Below, in pieces: positions 7,818-19,300 of a stretch of DNA of 64,000 nucleotides. This stretch comes from an uncultured Verrucomicrobiae bacterium. GTDB taxonomy: Bacteria; Verrucomicrobiota; Verrucomicrobiia; Chthoniobacterales; JAATET01. Under the pieces are notes generated by a model. It saw only the letters and a list, made by a program, of their open reading frames with translations. It was not told the origin of the DNA and did no database searches. A program made the position numbers and the translations under genes. How positions within the stretch are numbered: the first letter of the stretch is position 1; each line of letters starts with the position of its first letter. The stretch is taken from positions 64,001 to 128,000 of the forward strand of contig CAVRCI010000003.1 of assembly GCA_963719495.1 (NCBI GenBank), read 5' to 3'.

Positions 7818-10800
7818 TCAGGGCGCGAATTGCACGGTTGAGAGAACGCGCCAGCGATACCAGCGGTCGATTGGAACGTAATCGCCACTGAGATTCACCT
7901 GAGTGTAATCGGGAATGTCCGGCGCGTTGGTGTCGAGAAACCGCTCGATCGTCGTCGCGCCCCGGTATTCTCCGACCACCGCGTCGCGCGCCTCATCCCA
8001 CTCGTTCCAGCCGCCCGACCCGGTCCCAGTCTGACGCAATGCCTGCACGCGGTAATGGACCGTGTAGGTGTTCGACTTCGTCGTCACCCGCGAAAGCAAC
8101 GCCAGGTAAGGCTGTTCCCTCAAGGTGTCGGAGGTGAGACGACGGGTGCCCCACCACGTCCCGAGATTGGCACCCGTCTGCCCCTCCGGCACGATCGACG
8201 CCGCGCTGACCTGAGTAGCACTCCGGAAAATATCGCCAGCCGCGAAGACCTTTTCAAATTCCTTCACCGTCTCATCGCGGTCGATCGGGTAGCGAATGCG
8301 GTCCGAAATTGGACCGATGTACTGACTGTATTTGTAAGACTTACCACCCGTCGCCAGTCGATCCTCGACCGCCGAAAGCATGAGCGGCTTCAGAGCCCCG
8401 CGGAGAGCCGTCGAGCGCTCGATGTGCACGAAGGGCATCATCTGAAAATTCAAATTGACCTTGCCCGCGGTGGACAGCGGATCGCTGATCGGAAATGGCT
8501 CGACCACCGGCATCCAATAGTTATCCAAATACAGGTGGTCTGGAGGCGACCCGAAGCCCGGATGCGCCGATCCGCCGGCTGGCCGTGGATTGAAGAGCAG
8601 CGTTTGCCACGGTTGCAGATCGCCGGAGGAATTTGCCGTAACGAGAGCACCCAGTTCTCCAGCCGACGGAACCGATCGGTTGGGTTCAAAACTGTCCCCC
8701 GCCCCCACCCGGCCAAGATACTTGTCCCCAAAATAACCACCGAAATTTTTGTTGGTATCGCCGGAATCCGACCTGGGGAAAAACGCCCCATCGACATTCG
8801 CACCGATCCCACTTTGCCAGTCGCCCAAGGTGCTGCCGTCGCTCATCCGCGCGCCGCCAGTGAAACCAGCAGGAATGACTGGGGCAGAGTATTCGTTGAA
8901 GGAAATTCCAGGCACGAGGGTCGAGGTCGCCCCAATCACATCGATATTGGTCAAGCGCTTCACTCCATTTCCATCGGCCTTCCACCCATACTGATTCGGA
9001 TTGATATATTGGCTGATGGACGAGCTCCGCATCGAGTGGGCAAACCGCCCCGTCACCGCAGCAGCGGCAGGACTACTGCCCGTGCCTGAGTAAGGATTCG
9101 ACGCCGTGCCGTAGCCGGAAACGGAAGCAAATGTCGACGCCGTGGGACTGATGGCAAGAAGGCGAAAGTCCCCGCGGGTGGAACCATCCGTGGGTGCCCA
9201 CTCGACGGCACAGACGACATCTCCGGGTCGAATGACAAGTTGGGAATTCGAGTCGCCGTTCGTATTACCGACGAGTCGATTGCGCACATCGAGCAAATCT
9301 CCGTCCTGGATACTCGACTGATCGATCGGCTGCTGACGCGGATGCGAGATCGGCGTCACCTTTCCTCCGCTGAACCGGGTGCCTGTCGATACGTGCTGAG
9401 GCATCACGAACGACGCGTCGGGAAACGAAACGCTGAGTCGCTGATACTCGTTGGCGTTCTTCCAGGATTTGAGAATTACCGTGAGATTGCCACCCGTGAA
9501 ATTGACCGTCGGCCCCGTCACGGGAATCGATGGTGACACAAACGGGTAATCGGTATCCTTGTCCCCACCGCCGCTCTTGGCTTCCTTGAGATTGCTGAAG
9601 CTCGAGGACACGTGAGGCTGCATGTTGCCGGTTCGTGGTGCGGCGTAATTCGCAAAAATTTGAAAACTGCCGACGGAGTCCGACGTTCCGGTGGCGCGGT
9701 TGCCCTGCCAATTGTAGCTGCCGTAGCGCATCGCTGTGGAAGTCGATGTCACGAAGGCAGTCCCGTTGAGACGCAACGAGTTCAGCCCCTGTATCTCGAT
9801 TTCTCCGCCGGGGACGACACTGGGCGTTCCCTGTGCCGCAAGGTAGGGTTGGAAAATGAGGAATGCGCGCGCCTCGAGGGTAACTTGGCTAACGGCATTC
9901 CCTAGATTTGGATAGCTTGTGGCCGACGAAGTTGGCCAAATTCGGGAGCCACTGCTGTTAAAAACCTCCGGCGATTTTCCATCACTCACCTCGTAACGTC
10001 CATCTGCATAGTTGTTGCGCACCTTACTGGCCATGAAAACGATCCCGATCTGACTGATCGTGACATTACGGCCCATCCCCATGGCACTGTTGCTGACTTT
10101 GGCGGGGATCACGTAGTTGCGCGGTCCGGCAGACTTGTCGTCAATGATCCCATTGTTTCCCGGACGGATTTCCACCTGGGGATCAGCGGTGGTGACAGAG
10201 TAGCGATAAGTCACCCGATCGCTCGAACTGCCAAAGCTCAAGTAATCGCTGTTCGTATTGGCACGGACCGTGTCGAAGACTTGAGCCAGCACCTTGTCGG
10301 CACCCCCGGCACCCCATTTATCGAAAAAGCTCCTGCCGTAACCGGGGATTTGCGTTCCGGAGAGCGAGCGGACGTAATTGAAGAGCTGTTGGTTCCGTGA
10401 GAGGTCCACATCGGCAGTGGGCGAATCCGCAGGTTGATCGGCCACGTAAAGTCCGCCGCTGGCGATTCCCCGCTGGAAGGAATAGGAAAAATTCCCGATT
10501 CGAGAGCAGAAATCAATCAGCCGATCCTTCACCGTGCGATCGGTCGTCGCGGTTTGTTGCGGCCAGAGCGAGACTCTCGGGGTCCCGAAAAGCGTCGTTT
10601 CGGGAGCCCGGTTTTGCGCCGTCAAAAAGAAGGACCGCTGCGAAAGAAATTGTGCATTCAGGTCCAGATTCGGTGTTCGGTCGGGCTTGAAGAGTAATTC
10701 GTCCGAAGTCGCGTAGAGGCGGTCACTGTCGGGAATCAAAGGCGAACCCTTCCGAAATTCGCTCTGGTCGCTGGCGGGCCACACCTGAGTGTTCGTCTCC

Positions 10801-11930
10801 TCGCTGGTCCCCGGTCGACCAGTAGCCGACGTCCGCTGCGCGCCGCCCTTCGACGATTCGTCCGCGCTGGTGGCGCTCCCGGCGATCCTGGGCGTCAGCG
10901 CGTAGTAATTCGCCAACGGCGCGTAATACCCATCGGGATTGCTGACCGCGGACGAGATCGACGTGGCGTCGACGAGCGACGCCGGTGGTTCGTAATTGGT
11001 GGAGAGCGACTTGAGCACCGGACTCAGGCTCGTCGTCGAAGGGTGCCCGACGAGCCGCTGAAATTCTCCCCGCACCGGCATCGCGATCGACATGCGAACC
11101 TCCGACCATGTCGTGGCTTTGGGAACGTCCCAGAAGCTGCCTTCGCTGGCGGTGTTGATGTTCAGCTTGCAGGTGTCGTCGTCGGCCCAGAAGGCGATGC
11201 GTCCAACGATCGGATTCGTCTGGTCCGGCCGGGGGGTGGATCCCGAGAAACTGGCTCTGCCGCCGCTGCCGCCGCTGGGAGCGGCCAGTTTTCCATCCCT
11301 GAGAACGTAGATCCACTTCACCGGCATGGGCAGGCGGCGGGTGGCGGCGGTGGAGATGCTGGTGCCGGGGACGGTGGTGGCTGCCGAGAAGCCTTCGACC
11401 GCGCCCGCACTGACGTCAACGGTGGGATCAGTATCCACGACCGCCGGATCGGCGATGGGGAATACCGGAGTGGCGATAAACGTCGAGGCATTTGCCGGAT
11501 CGGGTCGCTTGACCACCGCCGGTTCGTTGAGGTCGGTGAAGAGAGCGGGTTGTGTATTCCAACCGTTGATCGCCGCCACTTCCGCATTGACTTCGGCTGT
11601 GCCAAATCCCGACACCACCATGTTGTCGGAGGAGTAAAGTTTGTAAGCGGTGACATTGCCGGATGTATCGAACGATCTCACCATCCCCGGCTGCGAAGCC
11701 CAACCGACGCGGGGTTGGATGGTGGCGTCGCGAACCTGCCCCTGCACGATATTCACGGCGGTCTCGGCGAGCCGCAACGTCTCCTGCCCACTCGCGAAGG
11801 CACCTGCATTCTGTTGATCGGTGCGCACGGTGACGAACAAAGCCAAAACGATCGCTGACAAGAGCACGAGAAACGTGAGGGCGATCACCAACGCGGCGCC
11901 GCGGGACGGAAGGGGGAATCTCTTTTTCAT
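7818..11930 (-). CDS. Verru_Chthon cassette protein A (large PilX/GspK-like pseudopilin)
   Basis: N-terminal RGAALVIALTFLVLL. Motifs WASQPG, PMPVKWIYVLRDG, GRIAFWADDDTCKLNINTASEG, DHLYLDNYWMPVVEP, TTKSNTYTVHYRVQAL and EYRGATTIERFLD. Confidence 0.9.
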   Translation of the reverse strand: MKKRFPLPSRGAALVIALTFLVLLSAIVLALFVTVRTDQQNAGAFASGQETLRLAETAVNIVQGQVRDATIQPRVGWASQPGMVRSFDTSGNVTAYKLYSSDNMVVSGFGTAEVNAEVAAINGWNTQPALFTDLNEPAVVKRPDPANASTFIATPVFPIADPAVVDTDPTVDVSAGAVEGFSAATTVPGTSISTAATRRLPMPVKWIYVLRDGKLAAPSGGSGGRASFSGSTPRPDQTNPIVGRIAFWADDDTCKLNINTASEGSFWDVPKATTWSEVRMSIAMPVRGEFQRLVGHPSTTSLSPVLKSLSTNYEPPASLVDATSISSAVSNPDGYYAPLANYYALTPRIAGSATSADESSKGGAQRTSATGRPGTSEETNTQVWPASDQSEFRKGSPLIPDSDRLYATSDELLFKPDRTPNLDLNAQFLSQRSFFLTAQNRAPETTLFGTPRVSLWPQQTATTDRTVKDRLIDFCSRIGNFSYSFQRGIASGGLYVADQPADSPTADVDLSRNQQLFNYVRSLSGTQIPGYGRSFFDKWGAGGADKVLAQVFDTVRANTNSDYLSFGSSSDRVTYRYSVTTADPQVEIRPGNNGIIDDKSAGPRNYVIPAKVSNSAMGMGRNVTISQIGIVFMASKVRNNYADGRYEVSDGKSPEVFNSSGSRIWPTSSATSYPNLGNAVSQVTLEARAFLIFQPYLAAQGTPSVVPGGEIEIQGLNSLRLNGTAFVTSTSTAMRYGSYNWQGNRATGTSDSVGSFQIFANYAAPRTGNMQPHVSSSFSNLKEAKSGGGDKDTDYPFVSPSIPVTGPTVNFTGGNLTVILKSWKNANEYQRLSVSFPDASFVMPQHVSTGTRFSGGKVTPISHPRQQPIDQSSIQDGDLLDVRNRLVGNTNGDSNSQLVIRPGDVVCAVEWAPTDGSTRGDFRLLAISPTASTFASVSGYGTASNPYSGTGSSPAAAAVTGRFAHSMRSSSISQYINPNQYGWKADGNGVKRLTNIDVIGATSTLVPGISFNEYSAPVIPAGFTGGARMSDGSTLGDWQSGIGANVDGAFFPRSDSGDTNKNFGGYFGDKYLGRVGAGDSFEPNRSVPSAGELGALVTANSSGDLQPWQTLLFNPRPAGGSAHPGFGSPPDHLYLDNYWMPVVEPFPISDPLSTAGKVNLNFQMMPFVHIERSTALRGALKPLMLSAVEDRLATGGKSYKYSQYIGPISDRIRYPIDRDETVKEFEKVFAAGDIFRSATQVSAASIVPEGQTGANLGTWWGTRRLTSDTLREQPYLALLSRVTTKSNTYTVHYRVQALRQTGTGSGGWNEWDEARDAVVGEYRGATTIERFLDTNAPDIPDYTQVNLSGDYVPIDRWYRWRVLSTVQFAP

Positions 11931-13043
11931 CTAATTTTCTGGTTGCACCGAATACTTCGCACCCCGCAGAGGGATCACCTGATTGAAGATGCGGAACGGG
12001 ACGCCGGCGGAGGCCAGCTTGGCGGACAAATCCTCCAGATCGTCATCGAGCTTGTTGGGATCGGTGAACCATCCCGCGTCGAGACGAAGAGCCGTCGGCG
12101 GCGAGGTCCCCGCTCCGGTGATGCGGGCGGCGGCGGCCTCGTCGATCGCCACCATCACGACTCGTAGCATCGGCGGCAATTGAGCAAACTGCAGGGCATC
12201 CCGATCCGTGGCCCGCTTGCGCCCACTCTCGGTGCGCGAATCGTAGGTGTAGTCGCTGGTGATGCTCCAGGGTTGCCACGAAGAATCGATCTCCTGGGCG
12301 TCCTGCTCGGGCAACTCGGGGCGGATGATGAGGGCAAGGATGTTTTCCGCGATGGGTTGGGGTCGCGAAGCACTGGAGGTCAGCCCACCGGTGATCCAGT
12401 CGCGATCGTCACTCGTGTTATTGTCCGTGAACGCCGGGTAGCTCGTGAAATCCTGGGATGGCTGCACGTTCTCAATGAGACGAAACCGCCAGCGCTCCGG
12501 CAGCGGATCGAGAAACGGCGGACGCAAATCCTTGTCTGATCCCCATTCGATGTAATACCCGCAGGCGTTGAGGAGATTCGGCAGATCGGCATACTGGGTC
12601 GACGTGTCCGTAAAGCCGAGCGGTGCGAAGAAAAACACGCCATGGCCGGGATGAACGGCGGCATTCCCCGGCAAAATCGACGCTGTTGGTCCACTGAGAT
12701 AAGCGAGGTCGCTCGCCCGACCGTATTTCGCGGGAACGAACAAACCGTCACCCGGCGTCCGCCGGTCCCAGGACGAATTGTAATAATCGAGATGTGTGTT
12801 CACCGTGGCCTGCGCCAGACGCCGGGTCAGCGTGTCGTAGGCGGTTCTGGCCCCCGCAAACATCGTGACGGAACTCGCGGTCGATCTCCATATCTTGAAG
12901 GTGCTGTCCGTGACCGACAGCAGCATGATCGCAAAAACGGCTAGCACGGCCATCGTCACCAGCACCTCGATGAGCGTGAACCCCGTCTTCCCTCCGCCCG
13001 ACCCGAAGCGGCTCACGCACCAGTTTCGGAACTTCATTCTCAC
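11931..13043 (-). CDS. Verru_Chthon cassette protein C (prepilin-type)
   Basis: Motifs GFTLIEVLVTMAVL, RRLAQATVN, LLNACGYYIEW, IAENILALII and QLPPMLRVVMVAIDE. The start may instead be the ATG at 13037. Confidence 0.88.
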   Translation of the reverse strand: MRMKFRNWCVSRFGSGGGKTGFTLIEVLVTMAVLAVFAIMLLSVTDSTFKIWRSTASSVTMFAGARTAYDTLTRRLAQATVNTHLDYYNSSWDRRTPGDGLFVPAKYGRASDLAYLSGPTASILPGNAAVHPGHGVFFFAPLGFTDTSTQYADLPNLLNACGYYIEWGSDKDLRPPFLDPLPERWRFRLIENVQPSQDFTSYPAFTDNNTSDDRDWITGGLTSSASRPQPIAENILALIIRPELPEQDAQEIDSSWQPWSITSDYTYDSRTESGRKRATDRDALQFAQLPPMLRVVMVAIDEAAAARITGAGTSPPTALRLDAGWFTDPNKLDDDLEDLSAKLASAGVPFRIFNQVIPLRGAKYSVQPEN

Positions 13044-13540
13044 TGCGTCGACGCGTTCTCGGCCTCGGAAAGCAGGATGCCCGAAGTGGGGACAGCGGCG
13101 GCAATGGCTTTGCCGCTGGGATTCTCTACAGCCCAGAGCGCCGCACGCCTCAGGGACTGCGAGGTGGAACCACCCGGCAGCGACACCGGCAAGACCTCCA
13201 GTTTGGAAGAATAGACCGTCAGATTGGACTCGGCTGATTCCAACTCACGCCCTTCACCATCGAAATTGCGCTGCCCCGTCGAAACGGTATCGAGGACCGC
13301 TCCATCGGTCAGCAACAACTCCGCGACAAGTCGCTGCTGAATCTGCGCCAGGACGGTGCTCGCCTTCGAGTCCTGGTGCGTCTGCATTGCCACGGGCAAC
13401 AACCCAAACAAGGCCATGATCGCGAAAGAGAAAATCCCCAGTGCCAGCGTGACCTCGACGAGGGTGAAAGCGGAGACTGAGCGACCGGTCGTCTTCGGCG
13501 ACCACGCTATCGAGGATTGGGGAGAATCTGGCATCAGCAT
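13040..13540 (-). CDS. Verru_Chthon cassette protein B (prepilin-type)
   Basis: AFTLVEVTLALGIFSFAIMALFGLLPV and FDGEG. The start is placed at ATG 13540 or 13534 rather than the ORF-track start at 13780. Confidence 0.85.
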   Translation of the reverse strand: MLMPDSPQSSIAWSPKTTGRSVSAFTLVEVTLALGIFSFAIMALFGLLPVAMQTHQDSKASTVLAQIQQRLVAELLLTDGAVLDTVSTGQRNFDGEGRELESAESNLTVYSSKLEVLPVSLPGGSTSQSLRRAALWAVENPSGKAIAAAVPTSGILLSEAENASTQ

Positions 13541-13607
13541 TGGGGGGACGCCGTCAATATACGCACACTCTCCCCGACCCGTGAGGCGAAACGCTCCAAT
13601 CCGATTT

Positions 13608-13619
13608 TTTACACGTAAA
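13608..13619. promoter_or_regulatory. Putative shared operator variant TTTACACGTAAA (weaker copy TTTACGGTTAAA at 13671-13682)
   Basis: Lies in the divergent promoter region between the cassette and the Gfo gene and resembles the 12-mer at 1159, 19721 and 26721. Confidence 0.55.
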
Positions 13620-13807
13620 GCCCAGCCCCCGGGGTTCCGACCGACGACCCGCATCCCTCCCGCCGCCGGTTTTACGGTTAAAACCAAGTGGGCGTTGACG
13701 CCCCCAGCGTCGTTTCCACAGGGTGGTGCCGGGGAGCGCCCCCCTCCGCCCAACCCATCGCGACCGGCCTCCGGCATCACTTTTTCAACCGCGAAATCCT
13801 CTTTTCA

Positions 13808-15043
13808 ATGCCGGACAAATTCCCTGACCCGAACCCCCGTCCCCTCCGCGTCGGCGTGGCGGGAATGGGCGGGTATGCGGCCACGATCATCCGGTCGCTC
13901 TCGCAGGCCGGAAGCGAAGTGAGGCTCGCCGCCGTCTGCGATCCGGCCCCGGACTCGCACGCCGAAGCGGGCGCGAACCTTCGCGCCGCCGGCGTCGAAA
14001 TCTTCGACGGTTTCTCCGCGATGCTGGCCGGTCCCATCGATGCCGTGTGGCTGCCGGTTCCCATCCACCTGCACCGGGCGTTCACCGAAGAAGCACTGCT
14101 GGCCGGGAAGGCGGTCATGTGCGAGAAACCCGCGGCCGGCAGCCTGCAGGATGTCGACGCGATGATCTCCGCCCGCGACCGCTCCGGACTCCCGGTGCTC
14201 GTGGGGTTTCAGGACATCTACACCGATTCCACGCGGGAAGCGGGACGCCGCCTCGCCGCGGGCGCCATCGGGCGCATTCGGCGGGTGACCCTCCTGGGAG
14301 CGTGGCCTCGCGACCCAAGCTACTTCCAACTCCGGAGCTGGGCGGGGAAACTCCGCCACGCGGAGACCTGGGTCCTCGACAGTCCCGCCCAAAACGCCCT
14401 CGCGCATTTCCTCAATCTCGCACTCCATCTGGCCGGATGCTCTCCGGAGGGGCCCGCGCGTCCCGTCGGCATCGAGGCGGAACTCTACCGCGCCAATCCC
14501 ATCGAAAACTACGACACGTGCGGACTCCGCGTCCGGTTCGACAACGACTCGACGCTGCTGGCCCTGCTCACGCACGCCTGCGAGGAGACGATTCAGCCGG
14601 AAATCCGCATCGTGGGTGACCGCGGCGAGATGCGATTCCGCGCGTGGAAATCGGTCACGTTCGACGGACCGGATGGCCCGAGCGAATTTCCCGCCGCGAC
14701 CCAGTCCCACCAACCCATGATCGACACCTTCGCAAAGATCGCGCGCGGCGAGGCCCCCATCGGCAACGCCGCCACCCTCGAGTCGGCGCGCGTCCACACT
14801 CTCGTGATCAACGGCGCCAGCACCGCGACGCCCGTTCACACCGTGCCTTCGCGCCACGCCTCCGGCGGCGGCGTCGCCCCCATCGCCATCGAGGGCGTCA
14901 CGGACCTGATGCGATCCTGCGTCGAGACCGGTCGGCTGCCGCACGAGACCGACGCGGCGGATTGGACGCATCCCGCCGGCTCGTGCGATCTGCGGAAGCT
15001 TCGAGAGTTCGTCGGCCCGGCACCCGCCCCGATCACCGCGTAG
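13808..15043 (+). CDS. Gfo/Idh/MocA family oxidoreductase
   Basis: Rossmann motif VGVAGMGGYA, plus PIHLH and VMCEKP. Confidence 0.9.
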   Translation: MPDKFPDPNPRPLRVGVAGMGGYAATIIRSLSQAGSEVRLAAVCDPAPDSHAEAGANLRAAGVEIFDGFSAMLAGPIDAVWLPVPIHLHRAFTEEALLAGKAVMCEKPAAGSLQDVDAMISARDRSGLPVLVGFQDIYTDSTREAGRRLAAGAIGRIRRVTLLGAWPRDPSYFQLRSWAGKLRHAETWVLDSPAQNALAHFLNLALHLAGCSPEGPARPVGIEAELYRANPIENYDTCGLRVRFDNDSTLLALLTHACEETIQPEIRIVGDRGEMRFRAWKSVTFDGPDGPSEFPAATQSHQPMIDTFAKIARGEAPIGNAATLESARVHTLVINGASTATPVHTVPSRHASGGGVAPIAIEGVTDLMRSCVETGRLPHETDAADWTHPAGSCDLRKLREFVGPAPAPITA

Positions 15044-15091
15044 CGGTCGACGTGAGGAGACCCCGGACCTCGAGCGTCGTCACCTCCGCTT

Positions 15092-16336
15092 CTACGGGGT
15101 CGGGGCCGGGATGGACCGCAGGTCCCGCACCTGGACGTGCCTCTGGGTGACCCGCGCGTGTTTCGTCCAGACCTCAAAATCCCCGCCGTCCTCGAAGCCG
15201 CCATGCTCCGCCCCGTGCATGGGTCGCAGGTCATGACGCCCCCCCGGCCACTTGCTTTTCGCGACGAGATCGAGGCTGACGTTCTCCAGAAGCACGTCCT
15301 CGATCTCGGCACCCTCGCTCCCCTCGATGAAGATGCCCGCCTCGGAGCGGCAGCGGATATTGTGAAAACGGATGTCGCGGATGCGTCCCGCCGCGTCACC
15401 GTCGTTGCGCGGAACGGACGTGACGTAGATCGGCTCGCCGTTGCCCCAATAGAGCGGATGGAACCGACGCGTTTCGATCGTGCAGTTCGAAAATGCCACG
15501 TTTTCGACCGTGCCCGTGTCCCGGAGCTGAATGCTGAGTCCGCGGTGGGAACGGTTGATGACACACCCATCGACGAGGATGTTGCGAAAATCCCCCGCGC
15601 TCTCGGTCCCGATCTTGATCGCCGCTGAGGTGCTCACCAGTCGGCAATCCGCGATGAGAATGTCCTCACACGGTCCCTGATCGGCGTGCTCGCGGGTGTT
15701 CTTGAGCACGATGCAATCGTCCGCCGCCTCGATGTGACAGCCGAGGATGCGCACGTCGCGGCAATGGTCGGGGTCGATGCCGTCGCAATTTGGCACGTCG
15801 AGACGGTTCAGGATCGTCAGCGACTGGCAGAGGACGATTTCGCAGCCCGTGAGGTGGATCGTCCACGACGCCGAGTCGCGGAACGTGAAGTCGCGCAGCG
15901 TCACCTGACGGCAATGGTGAAACCCGATCCCGCGCGGTCGCCAGGCCTTCGGCTTCCGAATGTAAGGTCCGTCGTCCGTGCGCCAGCCGTCCATGTAATC
16001 GAGCGCCGATCCGTCGATCACGCCGAGCCCCGTCACCGCGATCTGCTCGGCATCGCGCGCCTGAATGAGAAACGCCCCGTCGGCGACCCCGTAGAGCCCC
16101 GACATCCCGGTCTCGCCGAGGTAGTCGGCGGGATCGGGCGAGGCCTTCAACACGGCCCCGGCCTCCAGGTGCAGCTCCGTGCGGGAGTGCAACGTGAGCG
16201 TGCCGCACAGATGCCGACCCGCCGCCAGCGTGACCCGTCCGCCCCCGGCGGCACCCGCGGCGTCCAACGCCGACTGGATGCACTCGGTGGCGAGGGTCGA
16301 CGCCGACTCGGGCGGTTCAACGATGTGGGCGGACAT
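15092..16336 (-). CDS. GH28-like glycoside hydrolase
   Basis: Motifs IQSALDAA, G-IDGS, SWTIHL, PNCDGIDPDHC, DDCIVLK and AIKIGTES. Confidence 0.85.
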   Translation of the reverse strand: MSAHIVEPPESASTLATECIQSALDAAGAAGGGRVTLAAGRHLCGTLTLHSRTELHLEAGAVLKASPDPADYLGETGMSGLYGVADGAFLIQARDAEQIAVTGLGVIDGSALDYMDGWRTDDGPYIRKPKAWRPRGIGFHHCRQVTLRDFTFRDSASWTIHLTGCEIVLCQSLTILNRLDVPNCDGIDPDHCRDVRILGCHIEAADDCIVLKNTREHADQGPCEDILIADCRLVSTSAAIKIGTESAGDFRNILVDGCVINRSHRGLSIQLRDTGTVENVAFSNCTIETRRFHPLYWGNGEPIYVTSVPRNDGDAAGRIRDIRFHNIRCRSEAGIFIEGSEGAEIEDVLLENVSLDLVAKSKWPGGRHDLRPMHGAEHGGFEDGGDFEVWTKHARVTQRHVQVRDLRSIPAPTP

Positions 16337-16377
16337 GAGTGGAAGCGAACACCGCGCCAATCGCGCGGCTCGCCATT

Positions 16378-19300
16378 TTAGAGCGAAGCGTCGTCCGTGT
16401 GCGCCTCCGGGTCGCCGCCCGCCGGTGCCTTGGTGGACGTCATCTCCCCGAGCGCGGCCAGCGGGTCCGCGCCGAGCAGCACGGTGTCCTTGCCGTCGCG
16501 TTTCACGACCGCGACGCCGGGCACGCCGGGCGCAGGCTGGGAGGCCAGGTAAATCTCCTCGCTCTCACCGTCCAGCTCGACCCGCACGCCCGTGCCACCC
16601 GCCAGCGCGGTGAACTTCGGCTCTTTCGTCCCCCGCTTTTGCGGGTAGAGCACCCAGAGCATCGGCGTATCGGGACCGGTTTCGACGCGCACCCATTTCT
16701 GGTATTCGCCGGCCAGCCATTTCCCCTTCCAATCCTTCGGCGGAATGAGCGCCTCGCCGTCGGTGTCCTTGATCTTCGCGTGCCAGGCCTCCATTTCCTT
16801 CTGATCCTCGGGCACGATCTTCTTCCCGTCCTTGCGCGGCCATTTGTCGGGACCACTCATGTGTTCGTCGAAGTAATACCAACGCCCGACCTCGAAGTCG
16901 TCGATGTCGGGATTCGCCAGGAACACCACCGCGTCGGTGTCCCACTGACCCTCCGCCCGGATGATCTGGCCGTCGCGCTTCACGTCCCGCGCGAGCAGGT
17001 GAATGTTCAGATGCTGCCGATCCGCGCTCCGCGTCTCGTCGCGCACGACGAGGTAGTCCGCCAACGCGCTCTTCTCCGGATGCTTCACGAGCATGAGAAA
17101 GCGCCGGTGCGTGATCGGCACCGCGGCCTTCCGCGTCGGGTAATGATACTGAAACTTCGCGTCGTCCGGATAGATCGGCGCGAGCGTGAGCGTCTCGTCC
17201 GTCCGCTCCGCCACGACCACGTCGGCAACCGGCGTGGACTCGAACCCGCCGACCCGCGCCGTGGCCTGAATCTGCTCCATCGCGGGCACTTCCGTCGAAT
17301 CGCCCTCGTGGATGAACGGACGCTGAACGCCGAACGTCATCGAGTTGTGCAGCGCCGCGTGGTCGCCGCGCGGGTGATACGAGCAGTTGTAGTCCAGCGA
17401 GAGCGGCGCGCCGGCCCCGTAGAAATGGTAGCTCAACTCGTCGTTGTGATAATGCCCGCGCGCCGGTCCGGCCTTGAAGCTCACGAACGTCTCATCAGGC
17501 TGGCCAAACCGCGTGCGCATGATCGAGCCAAAGCCGTAGTAATCAGCACTCCCCCACTCCATCTTCTCCGCCGGAGTCGCCGGGATGCCGTGATCGATCA
17601 TCACCAACTCCGTGAGCAGCGACGTGTCCACACCGTTCTCGGACACGAGGTTGTAGGTCCCCATCATCTCCGACGCGAAATCCGGGTCGGCTTCTTTGAA
17701 AAATTTCGCCAACTGCCCAAACGCCGCCCCCGCGCCCGACACCCACCGGTGCGTGTCGCCAATGGGCGCTTCGTGCCGCAGACCCAGCCGCGCGTCGAAG
17801 GGCGTCAGCAAATTCCGGTGCCATTGGCCGGTCTTCTTGTAGAGCGGGTTGTCGACCACCGGATTCGCGAAGCCGATGTTGTTGAAGAGCGAGCCGATCT
17901 CGAGCTGCAGGTGCAGCGCGTAACCGGAATAGCCCGGGCACTCGTAGCCCACCCCATCGATCGGCAGCAGCGTGCGCTCCTGGTCGTCCTTGAAATTCTC
18001 CAGCGCAAAGTTCAGCCACTCCTCCGAGTCGGGATGATCCCGCAGCCCCGCCCCGGCGAACGCCGCGACCATGTATTTGTCGGTGTGGAAGTTCGGATTT
18101 CCCGGTCCCCAACCAAGCTCGTAGCCCGGCCACTGGTCGAGGTCCGTGAAGATGTAGCCCAGCGCCGCCTGCGACGGGCCGCCGATGGGTTGCCCATCGC
18201 TGAACAGGTCCGCGAGCGCAAACTGGTCGTCGAGTTGACGCACCGCCCGGCTCGTCGGATTCAGAAAGTCGTCCTGGTAACGCCGTCCCAACCAAAGCCC
18301 CGCGTCGGGCAGCCGCGGCGGCTTCACTTCCTCGCCCTTGATCAACGCGACCAGATCCTTTTCCACGCCCTTGAGCTCCTCACCGTTTTCCAGCCGCTCC
18401 CGCAGCACCTTCATCACCGGCGTGTCCTTGTTCTCCGCAAAATCCTTCTGCAGCCGCTCCAGCGTCGCCTCGTCGAGGAGGATCGACGGTCCCGCCTTCG
18501 ACGGATCGCGATTCCACTCCAGCACGTATTCGTGCATCTGATCGTCCAGCGTCCAGTCGACGTGACGCCGCACGATGCTGTTCAGTTTATCCGTCGTGTC
18601 GAAGAGTTCCCGCCGCCCGGCGAGCACCGCATACGAGCGCGTCCCTGCGGCCACCGGGAACTTCATCCGCGCCGTGTTTCCATTCTCCGCGTAGATGCGG
18701 ATCGTCTGCGCGTAAGGATTCTCCCACAGCATCGGGTGCGTCGCCACGACCCCGAACGCCGGTGCCTGCGGGTCGTATTTCGCGTTCTCCGTCTTCTTCC
18801 CCGGCGTGGCCCCCGAGCTGGTCACGAGAAAATCCTGACCGCCCCCCGGCATCTGATTCCACCGCGGACGCAGCGCGACGAACGGCCCGCGCTGCCCCGG
18901 CTGAGGCTCCAGCGGAACGTAATTCATGTTCGTGTTCCCGCCGAAGTTCTCGTAGCCAAACCACCGAATCCACATCGCCGTGTCGATGCCCTCGTTCAAC
19001 TCCCAGAAATAATCCAGCTTGCCCTCCTCGACGTCCGTGCTCTCCCGCACCGCGATCCACGGATCGCCCGCGACGAACCGCAGCGTCGCCGTGTATTTCT
19101 TACCGCCCTCGAAAACGTAGGCCACCTCGACATCGATGAAGACCGGCCCCTCGGTGACCACCCGCGTCGTGATCGATTCCACCGTCACGTCGCCCTCGAA
19201 CCACGCCCGACCCCGCCAATCCTTCCCGCCCTTCAACCGGATGCCGCCCAGCACCGGCGGCGCGTCCTTCGCGGCCACGGGCGCACTCAGCTTCGGAGCC

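Noticed and set aside
13541..13780. N-terminal extension of cassette protein B in the ORF track
   Set aside because: It would put about 100 aa before the prepilin motif and cover the divergent promoter and operator region.
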